In this document: positions 1 through 11,545 of the stretch, one piece after another
Layout of the letters: each line of letters begins with the position of its first letter
Position numbering within the stretch: position 1 is the stretch's first letter
Assembly: GCA_964270895.1 (NCBI GenBank)
Contig: OZ185441.1
From: Podarcis filfolensis
Taxonomy: Eukaryota
Direction: 5' to 3' (one strand)
Length of the DNA: 64,000 bases
Notes under the pieces: model-generated
Told to the model about the DNA's origin: nothing
The model's input: only the letters and a program-made list of their open reading frames with translations
The model's database searches: none
Position numbers and translations under genes: made by a program

Positions 1-384
1 CCTTAGAAAGTAGCAAAAGGAAGTATGGGGTTCCTTTTCCACAAGCTGTGGCATAGCAGCCCCATCAGACAACCACAATCTAGGCTCCAGAAACTAAAAT
101 ATGAACCAGTCTTTGGGTCACATAAACAGCCGCACCACTCCTACCTTCATACAACTGAGCAAACAACTTGGGAAGACTTCCACTAACCATGGTTTCCCAT
201 TTTGTCCCAACTGGGAAACTGTGGTTAATGTCTTTGGAATGAACCTGGATATGAACAAAGCCATGGGGCTTTTCTATGTTTCTCTGGACAGGCCGACCAA
301 CAAGTCATATAGACAAAGGACTGTGAAACGCTGAGAGATAAAAGGTGAAGTGGCAGGCAAGTCCAAAACTTTACAGTTTAATGC

Positions 385-480
385 TCTATTGTGTTTTTAA
401 TATTTGATTGGGAGCTGCCCAGAATGGCTGGGGAAACCCAGCCAGATGGGCAGGGTATAAATAATAAATTATTATTTATG
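385..480 (+). mobile_element. 5'-truncated L2 tail
   Basis: cagaatggctggggaaacccagccagatgggcagggtataaataat matches the tail of the 26100 copy. Confidence 0.7.
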
Positions 481-2136
481 ATGATGGTGGTGATGATTCT
501 ATATCCACTTGCTGCCGAATGGAGGGGTTTGTCAGCTCTAACCCTCGATTACCCTTCACTCCCTCTTCTGTTTCCTGTGTACAAGGCCTCTAGTGCTGAA
601 ATACCCCATAGCACTTGAGAGTGAAAATATGCTGTATGCTCAGTATCAGAGAAATCAAATCAGTTGCCTAGGGCCACACAGGATGTTAGTGGGAGGGCAG
701 GATTTGAAATCCAGATTCTTCAATTCCCAGAACAGAAGACTCTTTTTCTCCCTTTCCAAAGTACTGAATATAGAAGAGTCATTATGATTAGCAACACAGT
801 TTTATGAGACGGGGCATGAAACCCTTTGCCAAGCATTACCTCACGGTGGCCAATTAACCAGCACCTTTGATTAGCCAGTGTTCTCAGAACATTTTTAGCT
901 CTTTCTAGGTGTGTCAAGCTCATCTCACTCTCCAAGCATTTAGAAATCCTCGGGATAACTCAGGGCTGCCATGGTAGCTAAACAAGTATACAGCAAATGT
1001 GTAGGAGTGTGGGAAGTGAGATTAAGTGCTCAGGTGACTTTATGCATATTCATTCTGAAGGTGGCAAAATAATAAATCACAAAACAGTTGAGTGTGTGAG
1101 GCTGAGGTCCCTCCCTGAAAACAGGTGACATCTCCCTTATCGGTAATTATCTCACTTGGTTGAATAGTGCTGGGGGGGAAGAGAGAAGGCTAAAGAAGGA
1201 ATTGAATGAGGAAAATGAGGAATGAAGCTCAACAGAACTAGATTTAACGTTAATCCAGCCAATGCCGTATCTATGTTGTAACAGACCACCCAGCTGTGCC
1301 AACTGCAATGACAACATACACATGCGAGTGCTGGTTTGCACTGGTAATTGTAGTGAGACGAGAAAGGAGTAGAGAGCCTAATAATATGCAGCTCAGAATA
1401 TGTTGAACCAACACAGAAACTAAATGTGATAAATGAAATTGTGCACAAGATAGAGACTGCTGCAGGGCATGGCTCCTGTACATTTAATAGTTGTGCTCAT
1501 GAGGAAATTAACAGCAGGCAGACAGAATACACTTCCAGGTTTACTTACACACTCTCTTCAAAAGAATACAGAGAAACCACCACTGACCCAGTGTGAGGGC
1601 TCATGCCTCAAGTGGCGTTGACCCAGCCTGACTTCCATGGCAAGACATCACAGTCCCTTCTCCTCAAAGCCCAGGCGAAGATGGGCTCACGCCACTGCTA
1701 ACACTGTGCCCAGAGCCTCTTTGCTCTGTCTACCTCCTCAGCGAGCCCTATGGCCGATACAGCAAGGTCCTTCCAGGAACAGAGTCATCGGAGGACATCC
1801 ATGGGAACCAGCAATTCTCAGCAAAAGAAGAAGAGGGGAGGAAATGCCAACTCAATAACCCTGGCACCATGTTGTCTCTGATCCTGATACCAGACTTGAA
1901 TGGGGCTATTATTATGATAATATTTTATATGCTGCTTTGAGTTTGTCTTGGGGCTTTAAAGCGGGATATAAATTAAATTAAGAAGCAAGCAAACACTGGT
2001 GTGTGAGGCTCTAGCTGTCTGCTCAGGTTCCTGCCATGTTTTGCTGTCTGTCCTCCTGATTTCCAGCTCTTGAACTTTCTATAGACTGACCCCTTCCCTC
2101 AGGAGATGTTGGGCTGGCATGAGCCAGGATGCCTGA

Positions 2137-2286
2137 NNNNNNNNNNNNNNNNNNNNNNNNNNNNNNNNNNNNNNNNNNNNNNNNNNNNNNNNNNNNNNNN
2201 NNNNNNNNNNNNNNNNNNNNNNNNNNNNNNNNNNNNNNNNNNNNNNNNNNNNNNNNNNNNNNNNNNNNNNNNNNNNNNNNNNNNNN
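2137..2286. other. Assembly gap (150 N)
   Basis: Run of N. Confidence 0.99.
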
Positions 2287-3159
2287 TGGGGAGGGGGAAA
2301 GGATGCTAGGAATAAAACAAAAATACTTAGGGAACCCCCTGCTCCACCCAGAATCCTGGTTTCTTTTTCCCATGGAGAAGGAGAACAAAGAAAAACCAGC
2401 TCCACTTATTCCAGGGACTGAAAACTAGATTCATATTCATTATACCCATGGATCTGAGGTTTGCTTTCCTCTTTTCCTTCCAACTTTTTTTTTTTTACTA
2501 CTTCCCTTTTCCTTTTCTTCAACCCTGCCTATGCAGAGACACGCAGCAGACTTCGTTTTATTTCCACACACTGTAGAAAGAGATTTCAGGGGAGTGCCAG
2601 GACACATTTAGCCCAATTAAATGTTGGCACTGTGTTCCATCCCCCCCCCCCAAATCACCCGGGTGGAAATTTTAAAGGTCAAACTGGCCACTGTGAATTG
2701 ATGCCTCCCATCTACATTTCCTTGCACTGGGCTGCTAGCAGGGTGCATACAAACAAATGTATCGCTACAAATTTTAATCTTAAACATCACTTGTTGTTTT
2801 TTGCTTTAAATACACAAATAATGAGATAGGCGTGATGAAATTTCCACAGTGAAATGTGCTAAAGAAGCTAAACGGTGGTAGTAAAATCTTTAGCTATCTC
2901 TCTGGAATTCAAGACTTAAAATTATTCCCAGCTGAAAACCACCCTAAACTTGCACTACTGTTTTATTTTTTCAAAGAATGAGCAGAGAGCAAATTTCAAG
3001 AAAGATTCTTCCACCCCCTAAAAGCTTTTAAATAAATGCAGGCCACATAAGAGGAATTTTAGGCCCCATCAAAGCAAGTATTTCATGAGCTTCCATAAAC
3101 ACCCAAGCATTAGCCAACCCTATTTTTTACACAGGTATACACTGACTGCCTTGTCTGTT

Positions 3160-3350
3160 CTGCTTTCCGTGCAGAAGGTCTCAGGTTCAATCCTAGAATA
3201 TCCAGGTAGGTTTCAATAAAAACTCCTGTCTGAAACGCTGCAGACCCTCTCCTAGTAAGCATCAACAATACTAAGACATCCCAAATGGGAGGCTCTCGTG
3301 GTATACAAATGGTATCTTGCTATAGACTTCAGTAAGATTTCTTATGTAAG
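3160..3350 (+). mobile_element. tRNA-derived SINE (Squam3-like), decayed
   Basis: gcagaaggtctcaggttcaatcc...ccaggtagg; homologous to the copies at 35980, 48478 and 53928. The family name is a recalled assignment. Confidence 0.6.
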
Positions 3351-4304
3351 CAAGGAAATCATGATGTTGCCCCTTTATTACCGATAGAACCATAATTCAG
3401 CTACAGAAGATTTGATGGTACACTGTTCAACCTGTAGCTTTCAGGGGATGAATGGGTGTGCGAGAAGGAAAAAAGTAGGCAAAGAGCGCTTGCTCTCCAA
3501 TTTTGAATTATTCAGACTTGGAAAAAGCTTATTTCCATCTGAAACAAAATGTAGCACACTCGGAAAACATTTATGAAAGAAAAGCCAACAGACTTCGTAA
3601 TTACAGCAAAAGAAAACTCCTTCCTGCTGTTCTCTCAAGAAGTCTTGTTACAATGTTGTGCGTGCATCAATTTCAATATGGGAGATGTAACAACATCAAC
3701 AAGCCAGAAACATCCTGCATTACAGACTTTGAGCAATTATCTTTGGACATAGGCGTATGAAGCCAATACTGTGGAATATATTGTTGCATGTTCTGAAAAT
3801 GTGCAGTATTAAGGAGACTGGGAAGTAAACTTGTTCTGGGTATTCGTAGTGCAGTTGTTATCACTCACCTATCACTGTATCTTCTTTTGCACATCTCCTG
3901 AGTACATATTCAACAGTGATATATGGCTGTTGCTGAAAATGTTTATTCATGCTGCTGTAATGCACAAGGATGAGCATGCCAACCAGCTTGTCCCTGCACC
4001 AGTTGTGTACCTTATTTCAGGCTACCAGAGCTCATGCACAAGCATAGTCTGATCGTAGGAGTTAAGCTCATCTAAGGCCCCTAAAAGCAATGGTTTTAAA
4101 CACACCTAACACTGCATAGAATTGCAGCCTGAGTGGTATGTCAAGTGCTACATAACTGTCAGCAAACAGAAGCATTCTGACAGTAACCGCATTATTGTGG
4201 TTCTGTATGAAGCACACTGTAGGGCACACATTCAGTCTTTGGAGGCCTGTTGTTGTTGAACCAATGAAGGCTTATACCCAGTGCAAAAGAGTATATAACG
4301 TGTA

Positions 4305-4705
4305 TTGTTTGTTTGTTTGTTTGTTTGTTTGTTTGTTTGTTTGATACACCGCCCTTCATCATAAGATCTCAGGGCGGTACACAGAATAAAGCACAGGATA
4401 AAAACAATAATTGGAACAAAACAGCAAAACAATAACTTCCCCTCTTCCTACAGACACATTTAAAAGCCTGTAGAATATTAATCAGCCCAAGGCCTGGTTG
4501 AAGAAGAACATTCTCACCTAGTGCCTAAAAATATATAATGAAGGCACCAGGCGAATCTCTCTGAGGAGAGCATTCCGCAAGTGGGGAGCCACTACAGAGA
4601 AGGCCCTTTCTCATGTTGTCACCCTCCGAACCTCATGTGGAGGAGGCACACAAAGAAAGGCCTCGGAGGATGAACACAGAATCCAGGACGGTTTATATGG
4701 GGACA
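4305..4705 (-). mobile_element. L2-clade LINE 3' end with (AAAC)n tail
   Basis: Reverse complement of the RAFSVVAP-encoding motif near 4575..4610, 3' stem motif near 4344..4380, and (TTTG)n tail 4305..4343. Confidence 0.75.
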
Positions 4706-4857
4706 GTTTATATGGTTCAACGGAGGCCAAGACTTAACTTATGGAAGTAGCATACCAACCCAGGTCATCAAAGCTTGTTTGAATTTGCAAGAGATACGCA
4801 CAGGGGTCCTTGCCCAAACAAACAAGCCATCTTAGCGAGCATGAGAAAGGCTATTAC

Positions 4858-5017
4858 CTGCACCACTGGGTGTCCCCCCGCAGACGCCTTGACAGCCCCT
4901 CGACTTCCTTCAGTCTCGTAATGGGCTCGGTGGTGGGACTTCGGCTGCACTTCAATCCGAAGTTCATAAGGTCCTGAGTGAGACGGCAGCTGCCAATCCA
5001 GAGCAGGCAAGGATGGG
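4858..5017 (-). CDS. NFATC1: NFATC1 exon 3, start of the Rel-homology DNA-binding domain
   Basis: Acceptor tttccattacag|C CCA TCC TTG; donor GTG CAG|GTAATA; 160 nt, phase 2 to 0. Encodes [41 protein letters not shown], including the [12 protein letters not shown] motif. Confidence 0.98.
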
Positions 5018-6204
5018 CTGTAATGGAAAGCAACCGCAATTAAATATTAACATCCAGTCCACTATCATAAACCACAAGAATCTGGCACTATTACTTTAGA
5101 GGCCACGTTTAGCAGTTCATCCTTCACCATCTTACACTTAAAATTTCATCAATGGAGATAATGGTATGACATAAGTAATTTAATAGGTAATGGTTATTTT
5201 ATGAAGCTTTATGTATGGCACAGATTTGATAGGCCAGATGCAATCAGATGCTTAAACAAAAATGGAAAACATTTTAAGCTTGGTTAAAAAAATAACAACA
5301 CTTAATGCATCAGCCCATTAATCAAAATGGACAAATGCAGATAAGTAAGATGTGTGCATGGAGGGTGGGGGGTGGAATCTATTCTGAGTTAGACTGGGTG
5401 AGGTTGGGTATCAGAACTTCAGTTTCTCCAATTTACATTCAACCTACTTTGTTTTTGATCCTGTTTCAGCAGCAACCAAAATTATTTAGTTGGCTTCAGC
5501 CACAGATTGGCTCAGCAATGTTCCCTCTGCACTAAGGGTGTATCTTTGCTTTCTTCAGCACAGGCAAACCGTATGGCGACTGACTTCAGCCAGCAATGAG
5601 TTCGTGCCTTCCTGTACTGCCATTGTGGAGAGTTCACCTCTATGACAGGCAGGGCAGATGCCAGAACAGGATCTCTCAGGTGATGTTGCACCTGTCTTTC
5701 AGAGATTCCCCCTCCCCTCTCTCAACAACATCGAGAAGCATCACGTCTCCGCATCTACCCAAGGTGAAAAATGAGCCCTGAGTTGTTGCATAAGCGCAAC
5801 CATTTACAGTTTATGCAGGTAATATAGGTCAGTGGTAGCCAATCTTTTTGACAAGGATGCTACAAGTCAAGTCCAAAATATCAGAGTGACCCTCTCTTCT
5901 ATATGTATGTTGCCTCACGTGGCTGTTGAGTTGGGGACTAGGCAATGTCACCTTGCAGGAGGGGCAGGTACAAATACATACCTGACAGTTTATCGGTTGG
6001 AATTATTTCTATCCTGCCTTGCAGCTTGAGTTTCCAAAACAGAAACAGAAAAGATCCCGCAATAGCCTAAATGTGCATTCAAAAGTAACAATGAAAGATT
6101 AAAGGTCCTAATTGCCATTAAAAGCATGCATGAGTCTAAAAGCCACCAGGTAGGACACTGAGAAAATGAACTGGGGAAGAAGCAGTCCACAATCAAGGTG
6201 ACAC

Positions 6205-6340
6205 AACTGATAGCTCAGCCAGTAGAGAAGGAGACTCTTGATCTCAAGGTTGTGGGTTTGAGCCCCACGTTGGGCAAAAAAAAGATTCCTGCATTGGACT
6301 AGATGACCCTCGTGGTCTCTTCCAACTCTGTGATTTTATG
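6205..6340 (+). mobile_element. tRNA-Lys-derived SINE with CR1-like tail
   Basis: Head tagctcag...gagactcttgatctcaaggttgtgggtttgagccccacgttgggca followed by ttggactagatgacc...ttccaactct. Confidence 0.8.
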
Positions 6341-7171
6341 AAAAGGCCCTCTGTCTCATGCCTACCCCCTCCTCTCAGAAGGTGAGGATACCTTGAGCAG
6401 GGCCTCTGAGGAAGATCTGCACAAGGCAGTTTCGTGTGAGAGTCAACAGTCCTTCCAGTCCTTCCAGTCCCAAGCCACTTACGAAGTCTTAAGATCAAAG
6501 CCAACTTAACTAGGTTATAGCCAGGCCCATGGCTCCTCCTGCTTCCATCCAGTTCTGCCATAAAGTCCTGCTCTCTGTGCCACAGACCACCGAAACTCAA
6601 ATCTGAGTGAATGACTTATCCCCCCCTTATAGACTCAATGGTTGGTGTGAATAGGACCCAGGGTAAAATCTACTACCAAAATATTACCTACAACTATAAG
6701 AGGCAGACACCTCTCCATCATTTTAAGTCAAAGCTGCTATGATTACAGTGTTACCATGCCACACTGTCTTGAGAAGCCTGAGGTGACTGGAGTAAAGTTT
6801 TCACTCAAGCACAATTGGCAAGTTCATGAGGCTCATCCTGTGCTGTGTACATCTATGTATGCTAGCATTTAAATGTTCCTGGATAATTATCTGGAGCTCC
6901 CACTTGACTGCAAGAATAATTTATATAATATAGAGCAGCTGCATAACTCATGTTGCAGATCACTTCATGTTATGAAACAGATGCTTCCATCTTTAAGCCA
7001 GTTCATATATGATGGATTTTGCTCTCTCTTTCCCCCAAATATCTATCAGATTGTGACATTTTCAGGGTGTTTCATTCTTAAAAGCTCTAATCCACCAATC
7101 ATCACAAAGTTTGGATCCTCTAACTTTCAAAGGGAAATGGAGAAAAAAGCAAGGTGAAGCTGGCTGAATTA

Positions 7172-8014
7172 CCATATTTTTTGCACCATAACACTCACTT
7201 TTTTTCTCCTAGAAAGTAAGGGGAAATGTCTGTGCGTGTTATGGAGGGAATGCTTACAGGTGGCGGGGGGATCTGCTGCAGTCGTGAGCAGAGGATCCAT
7301 GGTTCCCCTTCCTTCCCTCCTCCGTGGCTCGCTTTGAAACAGCAAAGCGGGAGAAGAGCCGCTGAGTGGGGAGGAGAGAGGGACAGAGAGCCTGCTTCTT
7401 TAAAGGAGCAAAGTGGGAGAGGAGAGGAGCCACTTACACATGTGTAAGCGGCTCCTGTCCGGTTGGCTCCTTTAAAGCAAGCAGGCTCTCTGTCCCTCTC
7501 TCCTCCCCACTCAGCTCGCTACATAGCAGCAAAGTTTTTCAGCTTGCTAAGCCAGGGATGAGCCGGGAGGAGGGAGAAAAGCAGAGCCTGCTTGCTTTAA
7601 AGGAGCAAAGTGGGAGAGGAGAGGAGCCTTCTCCCCTTATACTCCTCTTCTTCATTATTAGCAGCATCCTTCTCCGCCCACCCCACATGTGCTTCTTCTC
7701 CCCTTAAACCCCTCTTCTGCATTATTAGCAGCATCCTTCTCCACACACCCCACGCGTGCTCCTTGTCCCTTGAGTGCTTTTCCTTCCCTCCCCACTTAAA
7801 ACGTGGTTACAAAGCATGGATCCACATGGATCCTCAGGATTTTTGCATTGGGCTACTCCTAACTCACTGTCAGATCACATGTCTGTGGCCACAGCATGAA
7901 CCACAAAAATCATACATCCACTGTTTCGTTTAGAATATTTTTTTTCTTGTTTTCCTCCTCTAAAAACTACGTGCATGTTATGGTTGGGTGCGTGTTATAG
8001 AGCGAAAAATACGG
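7172..8014. mobile_element. TcMar (Tc2-like) non-autonomous element, 843 bp
   Basis: TIRs CCATATTTTTTGCACCATAACAC / GTGTTATAGAGCGAAAAATACGG with TA on both sides. CCGTATTT termini are typical of Tc2-type elements. Confidence 0.75.
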
Positions 8015-10239
8015 TAAAAAACACACAAACAAAACTTTATTTTCTCTGCTTAAGATCTTAGAGGAGCACCTGAAACACTGACTGAATGCAGTTGCTGTTT
8101 CTGTTATAAGGCAGCCATGTAGTTAGGCACGCCATAATTAAATCCCACTGCAAGGGCTGACCAACAAAAGTAATAATAATAAATTGAGAATTAAATGCAG
8201 TTTTCCTGACAGAGGAAGTGGCATGATGCTTTAAACAGTTTCATGGGTTGTGGCTTGGCAATGCAATTTCCTATTCTAGGTTATCTGTATTGTGCACTTA
8301 ATTTCCTGCAGCACAACTTACTTAAAAGGAAGAGATATCAAACACATATTTAGATAGAAGTTCTTTCGTGGGGGAGGGGACCAGGAGAGCCCAACTGCAT
8401 CACACACAGGATAATATCCTGAAGAATACATGGGCAGATGCTCAGTGAAGGCAAGAGCTGTAAACCGTACTATTCCATAAGCATCAGCTGTTTAGTGTAG
8501 ATCTAAAATTAATGTAACATATGAATGAGACAAACATGTTTCGAAACCCGTGTTGCCAGGGTTGGCTGACTTATACCCTCAATGACAAATCTGGGTTTCC
8601 TGCCATGTTCATGTGTGGATTGGCCCCTAATCAGCAAAATCCCAAAGTCTTCTTTGGAGCTAGCCTGATCATCAACTGGCAAACTCACCCACTGTTATTC
8701 TAGTACGAAAATTCAATACTCTTCCAGGACTAGCTTGGCTGTGAAACTGACTGCAGCCACACAAATGCTTGGAGCAAGGCAGAGTGGGTAGAGCCAGTGC
8801 AGCAAATAAAGTTGTCACAATTTTCCTGGTGTTTCTTCTTGCCTTTCACAGCCACCTGCCACACCCAAATTGAGCGAGTAAAATTAATCCTATCGTGTTA
8901 TGAAAAGCCTTCACTGCTTAATTTCTATGCATCGAGGAGCAATCAAGGATAGAGGAGTCAGATCAGTTAACAGAACTGGCAACGATTCACAACAGCAGTT
9001 GATTGGTTTAACAAGAGTAACAAACAGAATGTCAAACTGCACAGGTGATGCCTAGTGACATCTTATATGTGATGATCACATGAAATATCATTATCTAGCC
9101 AGATCTTTCTCTTTAAAACACCTTTGTCTCCTTTTGCAGAAAGGGACTGAAATAGTTCACAGTGCAAGGAAACTGGAACTTAAGTTTCCAACAAATCCCT
9201 GTTTTCCAGCGAAGTTTAAAAAGTTAGGAGAAAGAGTGGTCATACTTAGTGTCCCTAATGCTGAATTTTACATATGGTATTTCAATCCTCCACAGTGGTG
9301 CTGAAGAAGGATTTTAAAAAACACCCTATTTCTAGGAGAAATCCAAAATCAAATTTATGAAATGTCTTATGATATAAACAATATCAGGAGCCATGATGGG
9401 GAGAGGGCTGAATATTTGGATTTTCATTTTGTCAATTGGCAAGGCAGTCCACATGCTAACACTTACTGTGAAAAGATGCAGGTTACATTACAAATATGTT
9501 GTATACAGGCCACACTATCATATTACTTCGCTGCGATCATTTTAAAGCAAACCTATTCTGCTTTTTCTTATTATGTAAACTGGGGTGGGCACAAACAATA
9601 TATTACCTTTCGTCCCCCAAAACAGCAAACAGACAAAATATGTACGCCAAAAGGATCAATAACATAATAGCAGCAAAATAATAAACTTTAACTAGGTAGC
9701 CTACACATAATATGAAAGCTACTAATGATCCCACAGATGCTGTGTCAAGCAGTAAAATGCCCACCGCTGTGGTTATTTCAGGCGCATGGGTGTTGTTCAC
9801 CCTGCCAAAGCCTTCTTGGCAGATGGCGCATATATTGTACCCTGTGGAATCAGACAGCTCTGTTGATCAGTGCTATTTAGATGCCATCTTTCAGGGCAAA
9901 GCCCTACTCAAGTGGCTATCACAATTAAAGGAGAAAATGCAATACACTGCATCTTTAAATATTAAATATTTTAAGAAAGTTTAACATGATGTAAAAAAGT
10001 CCAACTCACAGCACGTTTTTAGTTTAGCTGAAATAGGCATGCCTTTAAGGTCCATTTACTAACTGCTACTGATGCGGTCACGTGTATCTCCCTTGGGAAG
10101 GGGTTCCATAAATACAGAGTCACCACCAAAAAGGCCCTGTCTCTAGTTCCTGTGGGGATTCTCTTGGGCTTAACTTAGCGCAGCAGCTAGATTGCTGGCT
10201 GTCAACGCCATATAATACCTCTGTTGAGAGAGCTGCAAT

Positions 10240-10710
10240 ATGCTACTAAGTGCACTTCAAGGTCCTGCTTTTATCATTCAAAGCCCTACTACAAACTTGA
10301 GGCTAGGATACCTAAGGGGCCACCTTGCCCTCTATATCCCTGCCTGGCAACTGCACACCTCAGATGGGGCAATGCTGAGAGCGCCATATGGCCCCAAAGT
10401 GAACTTAACCTGTGGGGTGGAAACCTGGATTTTAGTGTTGTAGCTCCAGCTCTCTGGGATCAATTACCAGCCGAAACCAGACAGGCTTCTAGTTAGGTAC
10501 CCACTGAAGACATTTTTGTTTAGGGAGGCTTTCCCCAAGGTGCAACCTGCTCACTAATGGTTTCAGCAACTGGTATGCTGCCTCTGACAGTGGATGAAGC
10601 ACATAGCCATCACAGTGAGTAGCCTTTGATAACCTTAGCCACCATGGATTTGCGTAATCATCTTTTAAAGCCAATGCTTTATGTAAACCACTTTGAGATA
10701 CTTATTAACA
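10240..10710 (+). mobile_element. Degenerate L2 3' fragment
   Basis: Decayed YLRxHL and FSVVAPALWDQLP translations. Confidence 0.55.
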
Positions 10711-11049
10711 TCTTTTGTACTTACAAAAGCAAGAGCTGTGACGTATCAGAAGACTTTTGCAAAATTCACAGTGGGGTGCTTCCTTTGGCATGGTACATGC
10801 TGGTACATACTGATGCTAGATACCAATACATTTGATTATCTAATCTTGTGGTACAATACCAAGAGGGAAGTATGGCTTATGTTGCAAACAACCTGGTTGA
10901 ATGAAGGCAAACATCTCCCAATCATGTACACCAGAATTCTCTGCACAGCACTAAGTTTATTGTGAAGGGAGGCTTTGATCTTTAGGCATTCCATCTCCCT
11001 AGCCATGAACTCAGCTGAACCGTCAACCAGCTTCGAGTGCATTGGTGGC

Positions 11050-11545
11050 CTGATAAAAATTCTGCTGGTGCACCAAACATCTCCTTGTCTGAGCTAACTG
11101 AGGTGGTTTCAAGGGTTCTGTTGACGTCTCCAAAGACCATTAGCCTTCAACATTCATGCCAAAGTGGTCTGCCTTATCAGGAATGACTAAGGATTTCATG
11201 GCCTTGGTGGTATTCAGAGACCTGTGTGTATCTGGGCAAGGCAGCCTTCTGATCGAGTTTTCAGTAGGGGACTAGGTTAAAATTATCTGTGAGCAGAAAA
11301 GCCATATTTGATTCCATTGTCATGGACAGATCATTCATTACCTGGATTTACCTACAGCTGTCTGCAACCTCTACAGGAACAGAGGCTGAGTGTAATAGGA
11401 CTGCCCCTCATACGGATGAACCTGGGTGGTTTTCTTAGGTAACCAGGAGTTTTTCCTGCAGGTTTAGCCAGCAGTCTTATTGAGGCTCTGGTCTCCACGG
11501 GGAATGAGGGACTGACCCAAGCTATCAATACGATCACTCCCAAGT
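11050..11545 (+). mobile_element. Degenerate L2 ORF2 endonuclease-region remnant
   Basis: Fragments translate as FNIHA, DFMA and INTITPK, resembling L2 APE/linker motifs; no intact ORF. Confidence 0.4.

Noticed and set aside
3503-3760. 85-aa ORF starting NYSDLEKAYFHLKQ, superficially transposase-like
   Set aside because: TTG start, no recognisable catalytic motif, no TIRs or splice context; treated as a chance ORF.
1-4857. NFATC1 exon 4
   Set aside because: No LHGY...LQLFIGTADDR-like coding found, so it is presumed left of the window. The 150-N gap cannot be inspected.
6205-6276. tRNA-Lys(CTT)-like sequence
   Set aside because: Acceptor stem and D/T arms are mutated, and it runs directly into a CR1-like SINE tail shared with other copies, so it is a SINE head rather than a tRNA gene.
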